From an uncultured Candidatus Rokubacteria bacterium (GTDB lineage Bacteria; Methylomirabilota; Methylomirabilia; Rokubacteriales; CSP1-6): DNA of 64,000 nt. The position numbers and the translations under genes are program-made. Below the pieces are notes generated by a model that had not been told where the DNA came from, ran no database searches, and saw only the letters and a list, made by a program, of their open reading frames with translations. Of this stretch, positions 20,595-30,872 are shown piece after piece. The stretch lies in the NCBI GenBank assembly GCA_963762145.1, contig CAVXJS010000011.1, positions 512,001 to 576,000 on the forward strand, in the 5' to 3' direction. The stretch's first letter is position 1, and each line of letters opens with the position of its first letter.

Positions 20595-21845
20595 ATGTCC
20601 ATGGTGAAGTGCTGGAGACATGTGTCCACGGCGTGCATGTTCGTGCTGACGGTCGCCGGCGGTGCCGCCGCGGCGGAGTACGAGACGCCGAAGAACCGCT
20701 CGGCCAAGGACGTCCTCCCGACGGCGGTGGCCGCGGGCGCCGACTACACGGTCAGCGACCTGGTGGTGGCCGACGGCTACATGTACCACTTCAAGGTCAA
20801 GTCGCCGTATGCCACCTTCGACGCGACCGGGACGGGCGCCCTCCGCAAGCTGGAGCATGAGATCTGGGCCATCGGCCAGCTCAAGCAGGTGACGAAGAGC
20901 GAGGCCTTCCTCAAGTCGCTCAAGGACCAGGCGGGCAAGCCGCTGGTCTTCGCCAAGGACGTCATCACGAAGCCGGGCGAGACGCTGAGTGGCATTCCGA
21001 AGGGGGTCGGCCGTCTCTTCAGCAATGCCTCGACCGCGATCACCAACACGAGGGACCCGAGCCAGGAAAGCGCCGCCAAGGAGCTTCTGCTCGTCGGGTC
21101 CTTCAAGCGCGACTATGCGGCCCGCTTCGAGGTGGATCCCTACTCGAGCAACCCGGTGCTGCAGGCCGAGCTGGACAAGATCGGCACGGCGGCGGCGTAC
21201 GGCTCCTGGACGGCCTCGGCGGCGATGATCCCGATCTCGGGCCCCGCCAGCAGCGTGATCACCGCGACGAGCCTGTCCAAGTCCTTCAACAATATCCTCT
21301 CGACCGAGCCCCCGTCTCGCATTCGCGTCATCAACGAGGAGAAGCTGGGGCAGATGGGGATCGCGCCCGATCTCGCCAAGCACTACCTCGACCACCCGGT
21401 CTTCACGCCCCGCCAGGACCTGCTCCTGGTGGACTCGCTGCATCGCCTCGGGGCGGCCACGGGGCGGAATGCGTACGTGACCGCGGCCATGGCGGCCGCG
21501 GACGAGGTCGAGGCCAACTTCTTCGTCAACATGGCCCAGATCCTCCGCGGGTACCACGAGAAGCAGGGTCCGATCAGGGGCATCACCATGGTCGGGCCTT
21601 TGACCGTGGCGCAGACCAAGTCCGGGGCGGCGCTGATTCCGTTCGCGCTGGACCACGGCGTGTGGACCGAGAGTGCCGACAAGCTCAGCCAGCAGTTGAA
21701 GGCCAGCTACCGCGCTCCCGGCTTCAACGGCAACTTCGAGTTCTGGGTCACCGGGACCTTGTCGCCCAACGCGAAGCAGCAGCTCCAGGCTCGCGGCTTC
21801 ACCGTCGTCGAGCAGGTCGGCGGGCGCATCGACATCGTCGACTGA
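20595..21845 (+). CDS. Hypothetical exported protein
   Basis: RBS GAGGAGGAGG, signal peptide ending AAA-AE, typical codon usage. Confidence 0.8.
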   Translation: MSMVKCWRHVSTACMFVLTVAGGAAAAEYETPKNRSAKDVLPTAVAAGADYTVSDLVVADGYMYHFKVKSPYATFDATGTGALRKLEHEIWAIGQLKQVTKSEAFLKSLKDQAGKPLVFAKDVITKPGETLSGIPKGVGRLFSNASTAITNTRDPSQESAAKELLLVGSFKRDYAARFEVDPYSSNPVLQAELDKIGTAAAYGSWTASAAMIPISGPASSVITATSLSKSFNNILSTEPPSRIRVINEEKLGQMGIAPDLAKHYLDHPVFTPRQDLLLVDSLHRLGAATGRNAYVTAAMAAADEVEANFFVNMAQILRGYHEKQGPIRGITMVGPLTVAQTKSGAALIPFALDHGVWTESADKLSQQLKASYRAPGFNGNFEFWVTGTLSPNAKQQLQARGFTVVEQVGGRIDIVD

Positions 21846-21873
21846 GGACCCTTCTCCTGCTAGAGTTCCCTCG

Positions 21874-23724
21874 ATGCGAGTGCTTGGAGTCGTCCTGGCG
21901 GCCCTCGTCTGGCCGCTCCTGGCATGGGCCGGAACCGCCACCGCGGCGGATTCCGACCGGCCGCGGCACGTGCTACTCCTGTACGCCGAGTCCCGGCTCC
22001 TGCCCGGGATCGTGGACGGCGATACGGCTTTCCGCTCGACGGTGGCGTCGGGACCGGGCGCGCCGGTGGTCTTCCATACCGAGTTCCTCGATTTGCCGCC
22101 CACGCCCAGCGCGGCCTACGAGCAAGGCCTGCGGGATCTGCTCCGGATCAAATACCAGGATGTTCACCTCGACCTGATCATGGCGTTTGGCCCCCGGGCG
22201 CTGGGCACCGCGCTCGACCACCGTGGCGAGCTGGGTCCCCGCGTACCGATCGTGTTCGCGGCGGTGGACTCGCCCGACGGCCTCGTGCTTCCGAGCGACG
22301 TCACCGGTGTTCAGATGACCATCTCCGCGAGGGACACTCTCGAGGCCGCGCTGCGGCTGCAGCCCGAAACCCGACGCGTCGTCGTGGTCGGGGGCACGGG
22401 CGGGCTCGACCGACGCTGGGTGGCTGCGGTCCGGGTGGTGCTTGCCGACGCGCCGGCGCATCTTGAGTTCACGTATCTGACGGACCTGGCGCTGGAAACG
22501 GTTGCGGCGAGGCTGGCTGACCTACCCGATAGGACCATCGTGTTGCTGGTCGCATTCCTTCGCGACACCGACGGCCGAAACCTCTCGACGCCAGAGGCTC
22601 TGCATAGATTGGCCAAGTCATCGCGGGTGCCGATCTATGGGCTGGGGGCCACCCTCATCGGGGAGGGAGTAGTCGGTGGCCGTCTGATCGACTTCGAGAG
22701 CCATGGCACCCAGGCGGGAAAGCTCGCGGCGCGGCTGCTCCGAGGTGACAAGCTCGGGCCTTCCGATATCGTCATGCAGGATACGAACGCCTACATGTTC
22801 GACTGGCGCCAGCTCCAGCGCTGGGGGCTCAAGGAGAGTCGCCTGCCTCCGGGTAGCGTGATCCGGTTCCGGGAGCCGTCGGCCTGGGAGCGGTACCGGT
22901 GGCCGATCATCGGGACGCTGGTGGTCGTCCTCCTCGAGTCGCTGCTGATCGCGGGCCTGGTGCTGCAGCGGGCGCGCCGGAGGCGAGCGGAGGCGGAGGC
23001 GAGCGTGCAGCGGAGCCAGCTCGCCCATTTCCAGCGGGTGACTGCGGTGGGGGAGCTGACCGCCACGCTGGCGCACGAGATCAACCAGCCGCTCGGCGCG
23101 ATCGTGAGCAACGCGGAGGCGGCGCGCCGACTCGTGGACCCGGCGGAGCCGAAGGGAGCCGAGCTGCGGGAAACGCTCGGCGATATCATCGACGACGGGC
23201 AGCGCGCGTCGGAGGTGATCCGGCGCGTGCGCGTGATGCTTCGGACGGGGCCGGCAGAGCACAAGCCGTGCGACGTCAACAGGCTCATCGTCGAGGTGCT
23301 CGGGTTTCTGGCCGCGGACCTGACGCGCGCCGGGGTCTCGACGGAGCTGCGCCTGCAAGAGGGGCTGCCCCTGGTGCCCGGAGACGGCGTCCAGCTCCAG
23401 CAGGTGATCCTGAACCTCGTGCTCAACGGGGAGGACGCGATGGCCGACGCCCCCGAGGGGGCCCGGTGGCTGACCGTCGAGACGGCGGCACGGGCGCCGG
23501 GCACCGTGGAGGTGAAGGTCCGGGACACCGGGGTCGGGATCAAGGAAGGCGATGTCGAGCACATCTTCGAGCCGTTCGTCACCACCAAGGTATCGGGGCT
23601 CGGCATGGGGCTGTCGATCAGCCGGTCGATCGTCGTGGCCCACCGCGGCACGATCCGGGCCGAGCGCAACCCGGACCGGGGCTTGAGCATCCACGTCGAG
23701 CTGCCGTGCGGCGTGGGCTCGTGA
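21874..23724 (+). CDS. Sensor histidine kinase with periplasmic ABC-substrate-binding-like domain
   Basis: LAHEINQPL H-box, NLVLNG, DTGVG, FVTTK, GMGL. Confidence 0.92.
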   Translation: MRVLGVVLAALVWPLLAWAGTATAADSDRPRHVLLLYAESRLLPGIVDGDTAFRSTVASGPGAPVVFHTEFLDLPPTPSAAYEQGLRDLLRIKYQDVHLDLIMAFGPRALGTALDHRGELGPRVPIVFAAVDSPDGLVLPSDVTGVQMTISARDTLEAALRLQPETRRVVVVGGTGGLDRRWVAAVRVVLADAPAHLEFTYLTDLALETVAARLADLPDRTIVLLVAFLRDTDGRNLSTPEALHRLAKSSRVPIYGLGATLIGEGVVGGRLIDFESHGTQAGKLAARLLRGDKLGPSDIVMQDTNAYMFDWRQLQRWGLKESRLPPGSVIRFREPSAWERYRWPIIGTLVVVLLESLLIAGLVLQRARRRRAEAEASVQRSQLAHFQRVTAVGELTATLAHEINQPLGAIVSNAEAARRLVDPAEPKGAELRETLGDIIDDGQRASEVIRRVRVMLRTGPAEHKPCDVNRLIVEVLGFLAADLTRAGVSTELRLQEGLPLVPGDGVQLQQVILNLVLNGEDAMADAPEGARWLTVETAARAPGTVEVKVRDTGVGIKEGDVEHIFEPFVTTKVSGLGMGLSISRSIVVAHRGTIRAERNPDRGLSIHVELPCGVGS

Positions 23725-24347
23725 GCACCGAGCCGGTCGTCTACGTCATCGACGATGACCCGTCCTTTCGCAAGGCGGTCTCGCGCCTCCTGCGGTCGGC
23801 CGGCCTCGCGGTGGAGACCCTGGGATCGGCCCGGGAATTCCTGGAGCGTCCCGCGGAGGATCGCCCGTCGTGCCTCGTCCTCGACATCCGCATGCCGGGT
23901 CCGAGCGGCATGGATCTCCAGGCGGCCCTCCAGGAGGCGCAGCGGGACATCCCGATCGTCTTCGTGACCGGCCACGGGGACGTGTCCACGGGGGTCCGCG
24001 CCATGAAGGGCGGGGCGGTGGATTTTCTGGAGAAGCCCTTCCGCGGCCAGGATCTCCTGGCCTGCGTCCAGCGCGGCCTCACCCGCAGCCAGCAGAGCCG
24101 GGGGGAGCGCGCCGAGCGTGCCGAGGTCGAGCGGCGCTTCGCCACCCTGACCGCCCGCGAGCGGGACGTGCTGCGGCTCGTGGTCACCGGGATGCTCAAC
24201 AAGCAGATTGCCGGGGAGCTCGGCATCGCGGAGCAGACGGTGAAGATACACCGGGGCCACGTGACGCAGAAGATGCAGGCGGGGTCCGTCGCCGAGCTGA
24301 TCCAGATGGTCGGGAAGCTCGGTCCTCTCGCTTTCCAGCGCGCCTGA
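23721..24347 (+). CDS. FixJ/TtrR/StyR-type response regulator (REC plus LuxR HTH)
   Basis: VIDDD, LDIRMP, DFLEKP, LTARERDV..GMLNKQIA..TVKIHR. Confidence 0.92.
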   Translation: MSTEPVVYVIDDDPSFRKAVSRLLRSAGLAVETLGSAREFLERPAEDRPSCLVLDIRMPGPSGMDLQAALQEAQRDIPIVFVTGHGDVSTGVRAMKGGAVDFLEKPFRGQDLLACVQRGLTRSQQSRGERAERAEVERRFATLTARERDVLRLVVTGMLNKQIAGELGIAEQTVKIHRGHVTQKMQAGSVAELIQMVGKLGPLAFQRA

Positions 24348-24361
24348 GGGCGGGATGGTTC

Positions 24362-24378
24362 TAGACCGAAGGCTCTAT
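24362..24378. promoter_or_regulatory. Recurrent motif, copy 5 (TAGACCGAAGGCTCTAT)
   Basis: Immediately after the regulator gene, upstream of the next REC gene. Confidence 0.5.
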
Positions 24379-24476
24379 GGCGGGTCACCGCCCGGGGGGT
24401 CCAGACTGTGAGCACGTGGTGAGCAGCGTGACGACGACGACTCGCCCGCAACCGTTCCGAGCGAAGCGAGGTACCC

Positions 24477-24848
24477 GTGTCCGATCCGTTGAGCATCACG
24501 GTAGTGGAAGACGATTCCTCGTTCCGGCGCGCGCTCCGTCGCCTGCTGAGCGGCGCGGGATACACCGTCGCCACGTTTGCCTCCGCCGAGGAGTTCCTGG
24601 CCTCGAACTCCTCGAGGGTGACGGACTGCCTCGTGCTGGACATCCACCTCGGCGGCATGAGCGGGTTCGACCTTCAGGAGCGCCTGGCGGCCGCTGGGGC
24701 CCCGATTCCAACGGTCTTCATCACGGCACTCGACGATCCGGCGACGCGCGCGCGCGCGCGGGCGGGCGCGGCCTACCTCCGGAAGCCATTCCGTGAGGGC
24801 GCCCTCGTCGGCGCCATTCAGCAGGCGCTCGAGAGCCGGGGCGCCTAG
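24477..24848 (+). CDS. Single-domain response regulator
   Basis: VVEDD, LDIHL, FITA, LRKP. Confidence 0.88.
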   Translation: MSDPLSITVVEDDSSFRRALRRLLSGAGYTVATFASAEEFLASNSSRVTDCLVLDIHLGGMSGFDLQERLAAAGAPIPTVFITALDDPATRARARAGAAYLRKPFREGALVGAIQQALESRGA

Positions 24849-24860
24849 AACAGGGAAGGC

Positions 24861-26795
24861 ATGAAAGACTACGCAAGGAGGATGTGGCTGGTTGGCGTGG
24901 TGCTGCTGACCTGCGCCTGCGCGACGCCCGTCGGCGTCACCCACGTCAACACCCAGTCGATGTACCGCTCGGTGACCTCGAGCGTGCTCTCGGCCGAGCA
25001 GCCCGAGCCCGTACTCCGAGCAGCTCCTGACGCGCCTCGGGCTCGTGGAGCGCTTCGACAAGGACCCGGAGCTGGTCCTGGCCGCGCTCCGGGGGCCCGG
25101 GGAGGGCCTGAGCCGCGAGTACCTCTTCGTCCTCTCCGAGCTGTCCTTCTACCACGCGATGAAGAGCCAGAAGCCCGAGTACTTCCTCGCCTCCGCGGTG
25201 TACGCGTGGGCCTTCGTGGTGGGCAAGACGGACGAGGCGCGCGTCGATCCGCTCGATCCGCGGTTCCGGCTGGCCGCCAACCTCTACAACCTCGGGCTGG
25301 CCCAGGGGCTTGCCGGTGCCGAGGAGGCGACGGTCGTGCTCGAGCCGGGCACGCGGCGACTGCCGTTCGGCCAGATCGAGATCAGCGTGGACGAGAAGAT
25401 GCTGCTCTGGTCCGGCTATCGCATGACGCGGTTCATCTCGCTCGGCGAGTACAAGGTCCGCGGCTTCCTCAATCGCTACCGCCAGGCTGGCGTCGGTGCG
25501 CCGCTCGCCGCGGAGCTGGCCGCCAGCCGGCCAAGGCCTCGAGGCCGAGGAGGCGCGCAAGCGGATCCCCCCGCGGCTCAAGGTGCCGGTGACGGCGGTG
25601 CTGCGCATCGAGGACGTGTCGGCGGGCATCGCCACGGGAAATCTCGCGCGGCCGGATCGAGGTGTATGCGGCCGACGCGGCGACGACGGTGGAGAGCAAC
25701 GGGCGCAGCGTGCCGCTCGAGCTCGAGCCCACCGCGGCGCTGGCCTACCAGCTCGAGGGCGCCCCGGTCTGGGACACCGAGCTCGGCGCGTTCCTCTCGG
25801 CGCTGCGGCCGCTGTCGGCCGAGGGGCTGTTCATGATGCATCCCTATCGGCCCGGGCGCGTCCCGGTCGTGCTGGTCCACGGCACGGCCTCGAGCCCGGC
25901 GCGGTGGGCCGACATCGTCAACGAGATCCAGAACGATCCGAAGCTCCGCGGGCGCACCCAGTTCTGGATGTTCACCTACAACACGAGCAACCCGATCCTG
26001 CTCTCCGCCAGCGATCTGCGGCTCGGGCTCCAGCGCATCCGCAAGGAGGTCGATCCCGACGGGCGCGATCCGGCCCTCGACCAGATCGTGGTGATCGGCC
26101 ACAGCCAGGGCGGGCTGCTGACGCGCCTCATGGTCACCGACAGCGGTACCCGTTTCTGGGACGCCGTCACCGACGTGCCCTTCGAGAAGGTCGACGTGAG
26201 CCCCGAGACGCGGGCCCTGATCCAGCGGTCCATGTTCTTCGACCACCAGCCGTACATCAAGCGGGTGATCTTCGTCGCCACCCCGCACCGGGGCAGCTTC
26301 CGGGTCTCCTCGTTCGTGCTGGGCGCGGTCCGGAAGCTCGTGACCCTGCCGCTCACGGTGGTGGGCGGCATCGCTGAGCTGGCGACCAAGAACACGGGTT
26401 TGCCGAAGGAAGCGGCGCCGACCGCAGTGGACAACATGCGACCGGGGAACCGGTTCGTGCGAACCCTCTCGGAGAGCCCGATCGCGCCCGGAGTCACCGC
26501 GCACTCGATCATCCCGGTCACGGGCCTGGGGCTGCCGGCGGGACAGGACGACGGCGTCGTGACGTACGAGAGCGCCCACATCGAGGGCGTCGCCTCGGAG
26601 AAGATCGTCCGCTCCACCCACTCGACCCAGAGCACGCCGGCGACCATCCTCGAGGTGCGGCGGATCCTCTACGAGCATCTGGGGATCGCGTGCGGCCTCG
26701 AATGCGACGTGCCGGACCGGGTCGACGCGGCGGTGGCAGGCGTGCCCAAGCCGGAGCCGGCCGCCGTGAACCCGGAAGAAATACAGGACCCCTGA
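24861..26795 (+). CDS. Lipoprotein alpha/beta hydrolase (esterase/lipase), frameshifted
   Basis: Lipobox-like TCAC; VHGTASS, GHSQGG, TPHRGS, DGVV; spread over several frames. Confidence 0.82.
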
Positions 26796-26839
26796 GCAGT
26801 TAAGATGAGACCCAGCCGCCGAGCGAGCAAAGGAGAAAT

Positions 26840-27727
26840 ATGACTTTTCCGCGTGGAGCGAGAGCAATGCTTTGTCGATCTGGGCTCGCGATCTTCGCCG
26901 TGCTCCTGGCCCTGGTTGGCCCGGCCCTCGGCCAGGAGATCCGGCCGACGCTCGACAAGATCAAGGAGACCGGTGTCTTCCAGCTGGGCTACCGGGAGAC
27001 GTCCCGTCCATTTTCCTTCCGCGGCACCGACGGTCAGCCCGCCGGATTCTCGGTCGAGCTCTGCCAGCGGGTGGCCGGCGGGGTCCGGCAGTCGCTGAAG
27101 CTGCCCGAGCTCAAGGTCGCCTGGGTGACGGTGACGCCGGCCGACCGTATTCCGCAGCTCGTCAAGGGCGCGATCGATCTCGAGTGTGGGTCGACCACGA
27201 TCACATTCGGGCGCATGGAGCAGGTCGCGTTCAGCCACATGATCTCGGTCGACGGCGGGAGCCTGCTCGCCACCGCCGCCTCCGGCATCGGCAGCGTGAA
27301 GGACCTCGCCGGCAAGCGTGTCGGCGTGATCCTCAACACGACCACCGAGAAGGCCCTCACCGCGGCGCTGGCCGGTGCGAGTGTTCAGGCGACGGTGATC
27401 CCGGTGACCGAGGTCGGTGCGGGCCTGCAGGGGCTGGAGGAGGGGCGGCTCGACGCCTACGCCTCGGATCGCATCCTGCTTGCGAGCCTGCTGACGACCG
27501 CCAAGGACCCGGCGAAGCTCCGGCTGAGCGACGAGTTCTTCTCGTACGAGCCATACGGGCTCATGCTGCGTCGGGGGGACAATGCCTTTCAGGCGCAGGT
27601 GAACCGCACGCTCTCCGGGCTGTATCGCTCGGGGCTCGTCCAGATCTACGAGCGGTGGTTCGGGCCCTTCGCGAAGGCCAGCCCGCTGGTGAAGGCTCTC
27701 TACCTGCTTCATAGCTGGCCGGACTGA
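26840..27727 (+). CDS. Amino-acid ABC substrate-binding protein (GltI-like)
   Basis: LGYRE..PFS, GFSVELC, DLECGSTT, EPYGLM. Confidence 0.88.
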   Translation: MTFPRGARAMLCRSGLAIFAVLLALVGPALGQEIRPTLDKIKETGVFQLGYRETSRPFSFRGTDGQPAGFSVELCQRVAGGVRQSLKLPELKVAWVTVTPADRIPQLVKGAIDLECGSTTITFGRMEQVAFSHMISVDGGSLLATAASGIGSVKDLAGKRVGVILNTTTEKALTAALAGASVQATVIPVTEVGAGLQGLEEGRLDAYASDRILLASLLTTAKDPAKLRLSDEFFSYEPYGLMLRRGDNAFQAQVNRTLSGLYRSGLVQIYERWFGPFAKASPLVKALYLLHSWPD

Positions 27728-27755
27728 TCGTGAAGAACCTCATGCTGGAGGTGCC

Positions 27756-28793
27756 GTGATGAGCGGAAATAGCTGGCGGTGGGCGGCCCTGGCGCTCGCG
27801 CTCCTGTTCGCAGCGCCCTCTCTCGGAGAGGGCGAGACGCTCAACGAAGCCTACCGCCGCGTCCTCACGTCGGTGGCTGTGATCCGCGCCCGCGGCTCGG
27901 AGGTGACGGCCGAGGGCACGGTCACCTTCAAGGAGACCGGCTCGGGTGTGCTGATCTCGGCGGACGGGAAGGTGGCGACGGCCGCGCACGTGGTCCAGAC
28001 GATGGAGGACATCACCGTGGAGTTCCTCGGCGAGGAGCCGGTGGCCGCGCGCGTCATCTCCTCCGAGCCATGGGCCGACATCTCGATCATCCAGCTCTCG
28101 GTGGTGCCGCGCGACGCCACGGTGGCGAAGCTCGCCGACTCCGACCCCGTCGTCGTCGGCGATCCGGTCTTCATCGTCGGCGCGCCCTACGGTCTGAGCT
28201 ATTCGCTGAGCCAGGGAGTCATCAGCGCGCGATGGGCCCCCAACACGATCACCAAGGACTTCCCGCTGGCCGAGTTCTTCCAGACCGATGCGGTGATCAA
28301 TACCGGCAACTCCGGCGGGCCGATGTTCTCCCGGACGGGTGAGCTGATCGGGATCATCAGCCACAACATCACGAAGTCGGGTGGGAGCGAAGGGCTCGGG
28401 TTCGTCGTCACCACGAATACCGTGAGAAAGCTGCTGGTGGAGCGGCGGCGCGGGTGGTTCGGGGTCGAGCTCGTGCTGGTGTCGGGGGCGGCGGCCCAGG
28501 CCCTCAAGATCCCGCAGGCGGGCGGGTTTCTCGTGAAGCAGGTGGTCAAGGACTCGATGGGCGGTCGGATCGGGCTCAGGAGAGGGGACCGCATCGGCAT
28601 CGTGGACGGTCAGCAGCTCCCCATCGGGGGGGATATCATCCTCTCGATCATGGGCATCCCCGCGACCAGCAACGAGCAGCGCCCCGCAGTCCTCAAGGCA
28701 CTCGAGTCCCTCAAGATAGGCGATGACCTGCGAGTCACCGTCCTCCGCGACGGCAAGGTCGTGGAGCTCACGACGAAGTTCACCGGCTTCTAG
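27756..28793 (+). CDS. Trypsin-like serine protease with PDZ domain (HtrA-like)
   Basis: TAAHVV, QTDAVINTGNSGGP. Confidence 0.9.
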   Translation: MMSGNSWRWAALALALLFAAPSLGEGETLNEAYRRVLTSVAVIRARGSEVTAEGTVTFKETGSGVLISADGKVATAAHVVQTMEDITVEFLGEEPVAARVISSEPWADISIIQLSVVPRDATVAKLADSDPVVVGDPVFIVGAPYGLSYSLSQGVISARWAPNTITKDFPLAEFFQTDAVINTGNSGGPMFSRTGELIGIISHNITKSGGSEGLGFVVTTNTVRKLLVERRRGWFGVELVLVSGAAAQALKIPQAGGFLVKQVVKDSMGGRIGLRRGDRIGIVDGQQLPIGGDIILSIMGIPATSNEQRPAVLKALESLKIGDDLRVTVLRDGKVVELTTKFTGF

Positions 28794-29958
28794 GCCGCAG
28801 CTGCGCCAGGTACGCCGCCGCACCGAGTAGCGGCACCATACCGGCGGTGACGAGCGCGCCGCCGAAGCCCCACGCGCCCGCTGCGAGGCCCAGTCCCCAG
28901 GGGCCCAGGAGCTGGGCCATGTCCGCCCCGAGGCCAAAGGTGTTCATGGCGGCGCTGCGGCCCTCGGGAGGGGCCGCCTCGCCGACGAGGGCGGGAAGGA
29001 CCACGAAGGCCACGCCGAAGAGCGCGCCGTAGGCCATCGCCAGGATCACGAACACGGGCAGCCCCCCGGCGAGACTCATGCCGATCAACGTGACCGCGAC
29101 CCCGACCATGGCCGGGAGGAGCACGATGCGCTGGCCGTAGCGGTCGGCCAGACGTCCGGCGAGCAGCCGGCTGGCTGCGGCGCCCACCTGCGACCCGAGG
29201 AAGAGGATCCCGGGATTTCCGACGCCGCGCCCGAGTGCCCACAAGGGCAGGAACGCCGAGAAGCCGGTGTTCGGCACCTGGGCGCAGAAGTTCAGGAACG
29301 CGGGCAGCAGACCTTCCCGGCGGAAGTTTGCTCGCAGCGCATAGGGGTGCGCGCGGCCCAGAGGCCGAAACGCGCTGAGGGTCGCGGAGAAGCAGGCTCC
29401 GCTCAAGAGGGCCGCCGAGACGGCCCCGATGGCGACGGCGACGAGACGCTCGGAGGGGAGGGCGCCTTCCGACCGGAACCCCTGGTAGAGCCCGACCAGT
29501 ACCGGCGGGCCAATGCCCACCCCGAGCGTGATCCCCAGCGCGACGTAGCCCTGCACCTCGCTGCCGCGTCCGGCCGGGGCCACCTCGACCGCGAGCGTGT
29601 AGAACGCGGTGGTGCCGATGCTGAACGCCACGCCGGTGAGCACCCGGTTCGCCAGCACCGCCCACCCGGTGGGGGCCAGCAGCAGCGCCGCCGCGCCCGC
29701 GAGCAGGCCGAGGGCGAGCACCAGGGGCGCGCGCCGCCCGAACGCGTCCAGGATCCAGCCGCCGAAGGGACGCACGCAGAGCTGGGCGACGCCGGTGGCC
29801 CCGAGCATGAAACCGATGCTGCGGGCGTCGTAGCCGTGGTCGTGCAGGAACAGCGGCAGCACCGCGATGACGCCGAAATGGCCGGCCGTCCACAGGAGCA
29901 GACCGCTCATGAGGGCGAGCACGTTCCGCTTGAGCGTCACCGCCGCGATCTCTTTCAC
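28780..29958 (-). CDS. MFS transporter
   Basis: 12 TM; GWILDAFGRR, GRLADRYG. Confidence 0.9.
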   Translation of the reverse strand: MKEIAAVTLKRNVLALMSGLLLWTAGHFGVIAVLPLFLHDHGYDARSIGFMLGATGVAQLCVRPFGGWILDAFGRRAPLVLALGLLAGAAALLLAPTGWAVLANRVLTGVAFSIGTTAFYTLAVEVAPAGRGSEVQGYVALGITLGVGIGPPVLVGLYQGFRSEGALPSERLVAVAIGAVSAALLSGACFSATLSAFRPLGRAHPYALRANFRREGLLPAFLNFCAQVPNTGFSAFLPLWALGRGVGNPGILFLGSQVGAAASRLLAGRLADRYGQRIVLLPAMVGVAVTLIGMSLAGGLPVFVILAMAYGALFGVAFVVLPALVGEAAPPEGRSAAMNTFGLGADMAQLLGPWGLGLAAGAWGFGGALVTAGMVPLLGAAAYLAQLRPRSR

Positions 29959-30002
29959 ATCTCTCCTCCGCGGACAGGCTACGACCCCGCGCTCGACCAG
30001 AT

Positions 30003-30021
30003 CGGTACGAAATCCGTACTG
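30003..30021. promoter_or_regulatory. Inverted repeat, probable HxlR-family operator
   Basis: CGGTACG-AAATC-CGTACTG between the divergent MFS and HxlR genes. Confidence 0.5.
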
Positions 30022-30053
30022 CGGGGCCGCTAGGGCCGGCGTATCGTCGGAGC

Positions 30054-30761
30054 ATGAAGAGCTACGGTCAGTTCTGCTCGATGGCGCGCGCGCTCGATCT
30101 GCTCGGGGAACGGTGGACGCTGCTCATCGTGCGCGAGCTCCTGTGCGGGAGCCGTCGCTTCGGGGAGATCCAGCGCGGGATCCCGCGCATCTCCCGCACC
30201 ATGCTCGCGGCGCGCATCCGCGAGCTGGCCGACGCCCTCGTGATCGAGCGCCTCGACGGCGACGGCGGGCCGGAGTACCGGCTGACCACCGCGGGACTCG
30301 AGCTCGCGGCGGTTGTCCGCGAGCTGGGCACGTGGGGCCAGCGGTGGCTCCCGCGCGCGCTCGCGACGAAGGAGCTGGATCCGCACGTCCTCATGTGGGA
30401 TATCCACCGCCGGGTGCGCCGAGATGCCCTGCCGGAGAAGCCTCTCGTCGTCCGCATCGAGCTCACCGACGTGCGCGGCGCCGCGGCTCGCCACTATCTC
30501 CTGCTCCGGCGCAGCGAGGTGTCGCTCTGCACCGTCAATCCCGGCTTTCCGGAAGAGCTGTGCCTCCAGGCCACCCGCCGAGTCCTGGTCGGCTGGTGGC
30601 GGGGAGACCTGACCTTCCGCCAGGCGCTCGAGGCAGGCCTGGTGCTCGAGGGCCGGCGCGACTGGGTGCGCGCGTTTCCGGGCTGGTTCGAGCGCTACCT
30701 GTTCGCGGCGGTGGAGCCCGCCTCCCACGGGCCCGCAGCTGCGACGGGAGGTCACCACTAA
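30054..30761 (+). CDS. HxlR family winged-helix regulator
   Basis: YGQFCSMARALDLLGERWTLLIVREL. Confidence 0.9.
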   Translation: MKSYGQFCSMARALDLLGERWTLLIVRELLCGSRRFGEIQRGIPRISRTMLAARIRELADALVIERLDGDGGPEYRLTTAGLELAAVVRELGTWGQRWLPRALATKELDPHVLMWDIHRRVRRDALPEKPLVVRIELTDVRGAAARHYLLLRRSEVSLCTVNPGFPEELCLQATRRVLVGWWRGDLTFRQALEAGLVLEGRRDWVRAFPGWFERYLFAAVEPASHGPAAATGGHH

Positions 30762-30775
30762 GACCAAGGTCCTAT
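30759..30775. promoter_or_regulatory. Recurrent motif, copy 6 (TAAGACCAAGGTCCTAT)
   Basis: Upstream of the MlaC-like gene; 14/17 identical to copy 1. Confidence 0.55.
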
Positions 30776-30872
30776 TTCTCTGTGCCCGGCGAGGGCCACA
30801 ATGGTTGTTGGCCCGGGAGCCGTAGGTTGAGGATGGAGGCGCCAGGCACCGGGGGAATTCAGCGCGCGGCCG

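Noticed and set aside
12710-30775. The recurrent 17-mer or the BoxC-like repeats as CRISPR repeats or IS ends
   Set aside because: Kilobase irregular spacing, degenerate copies, and no cas or transposase gene
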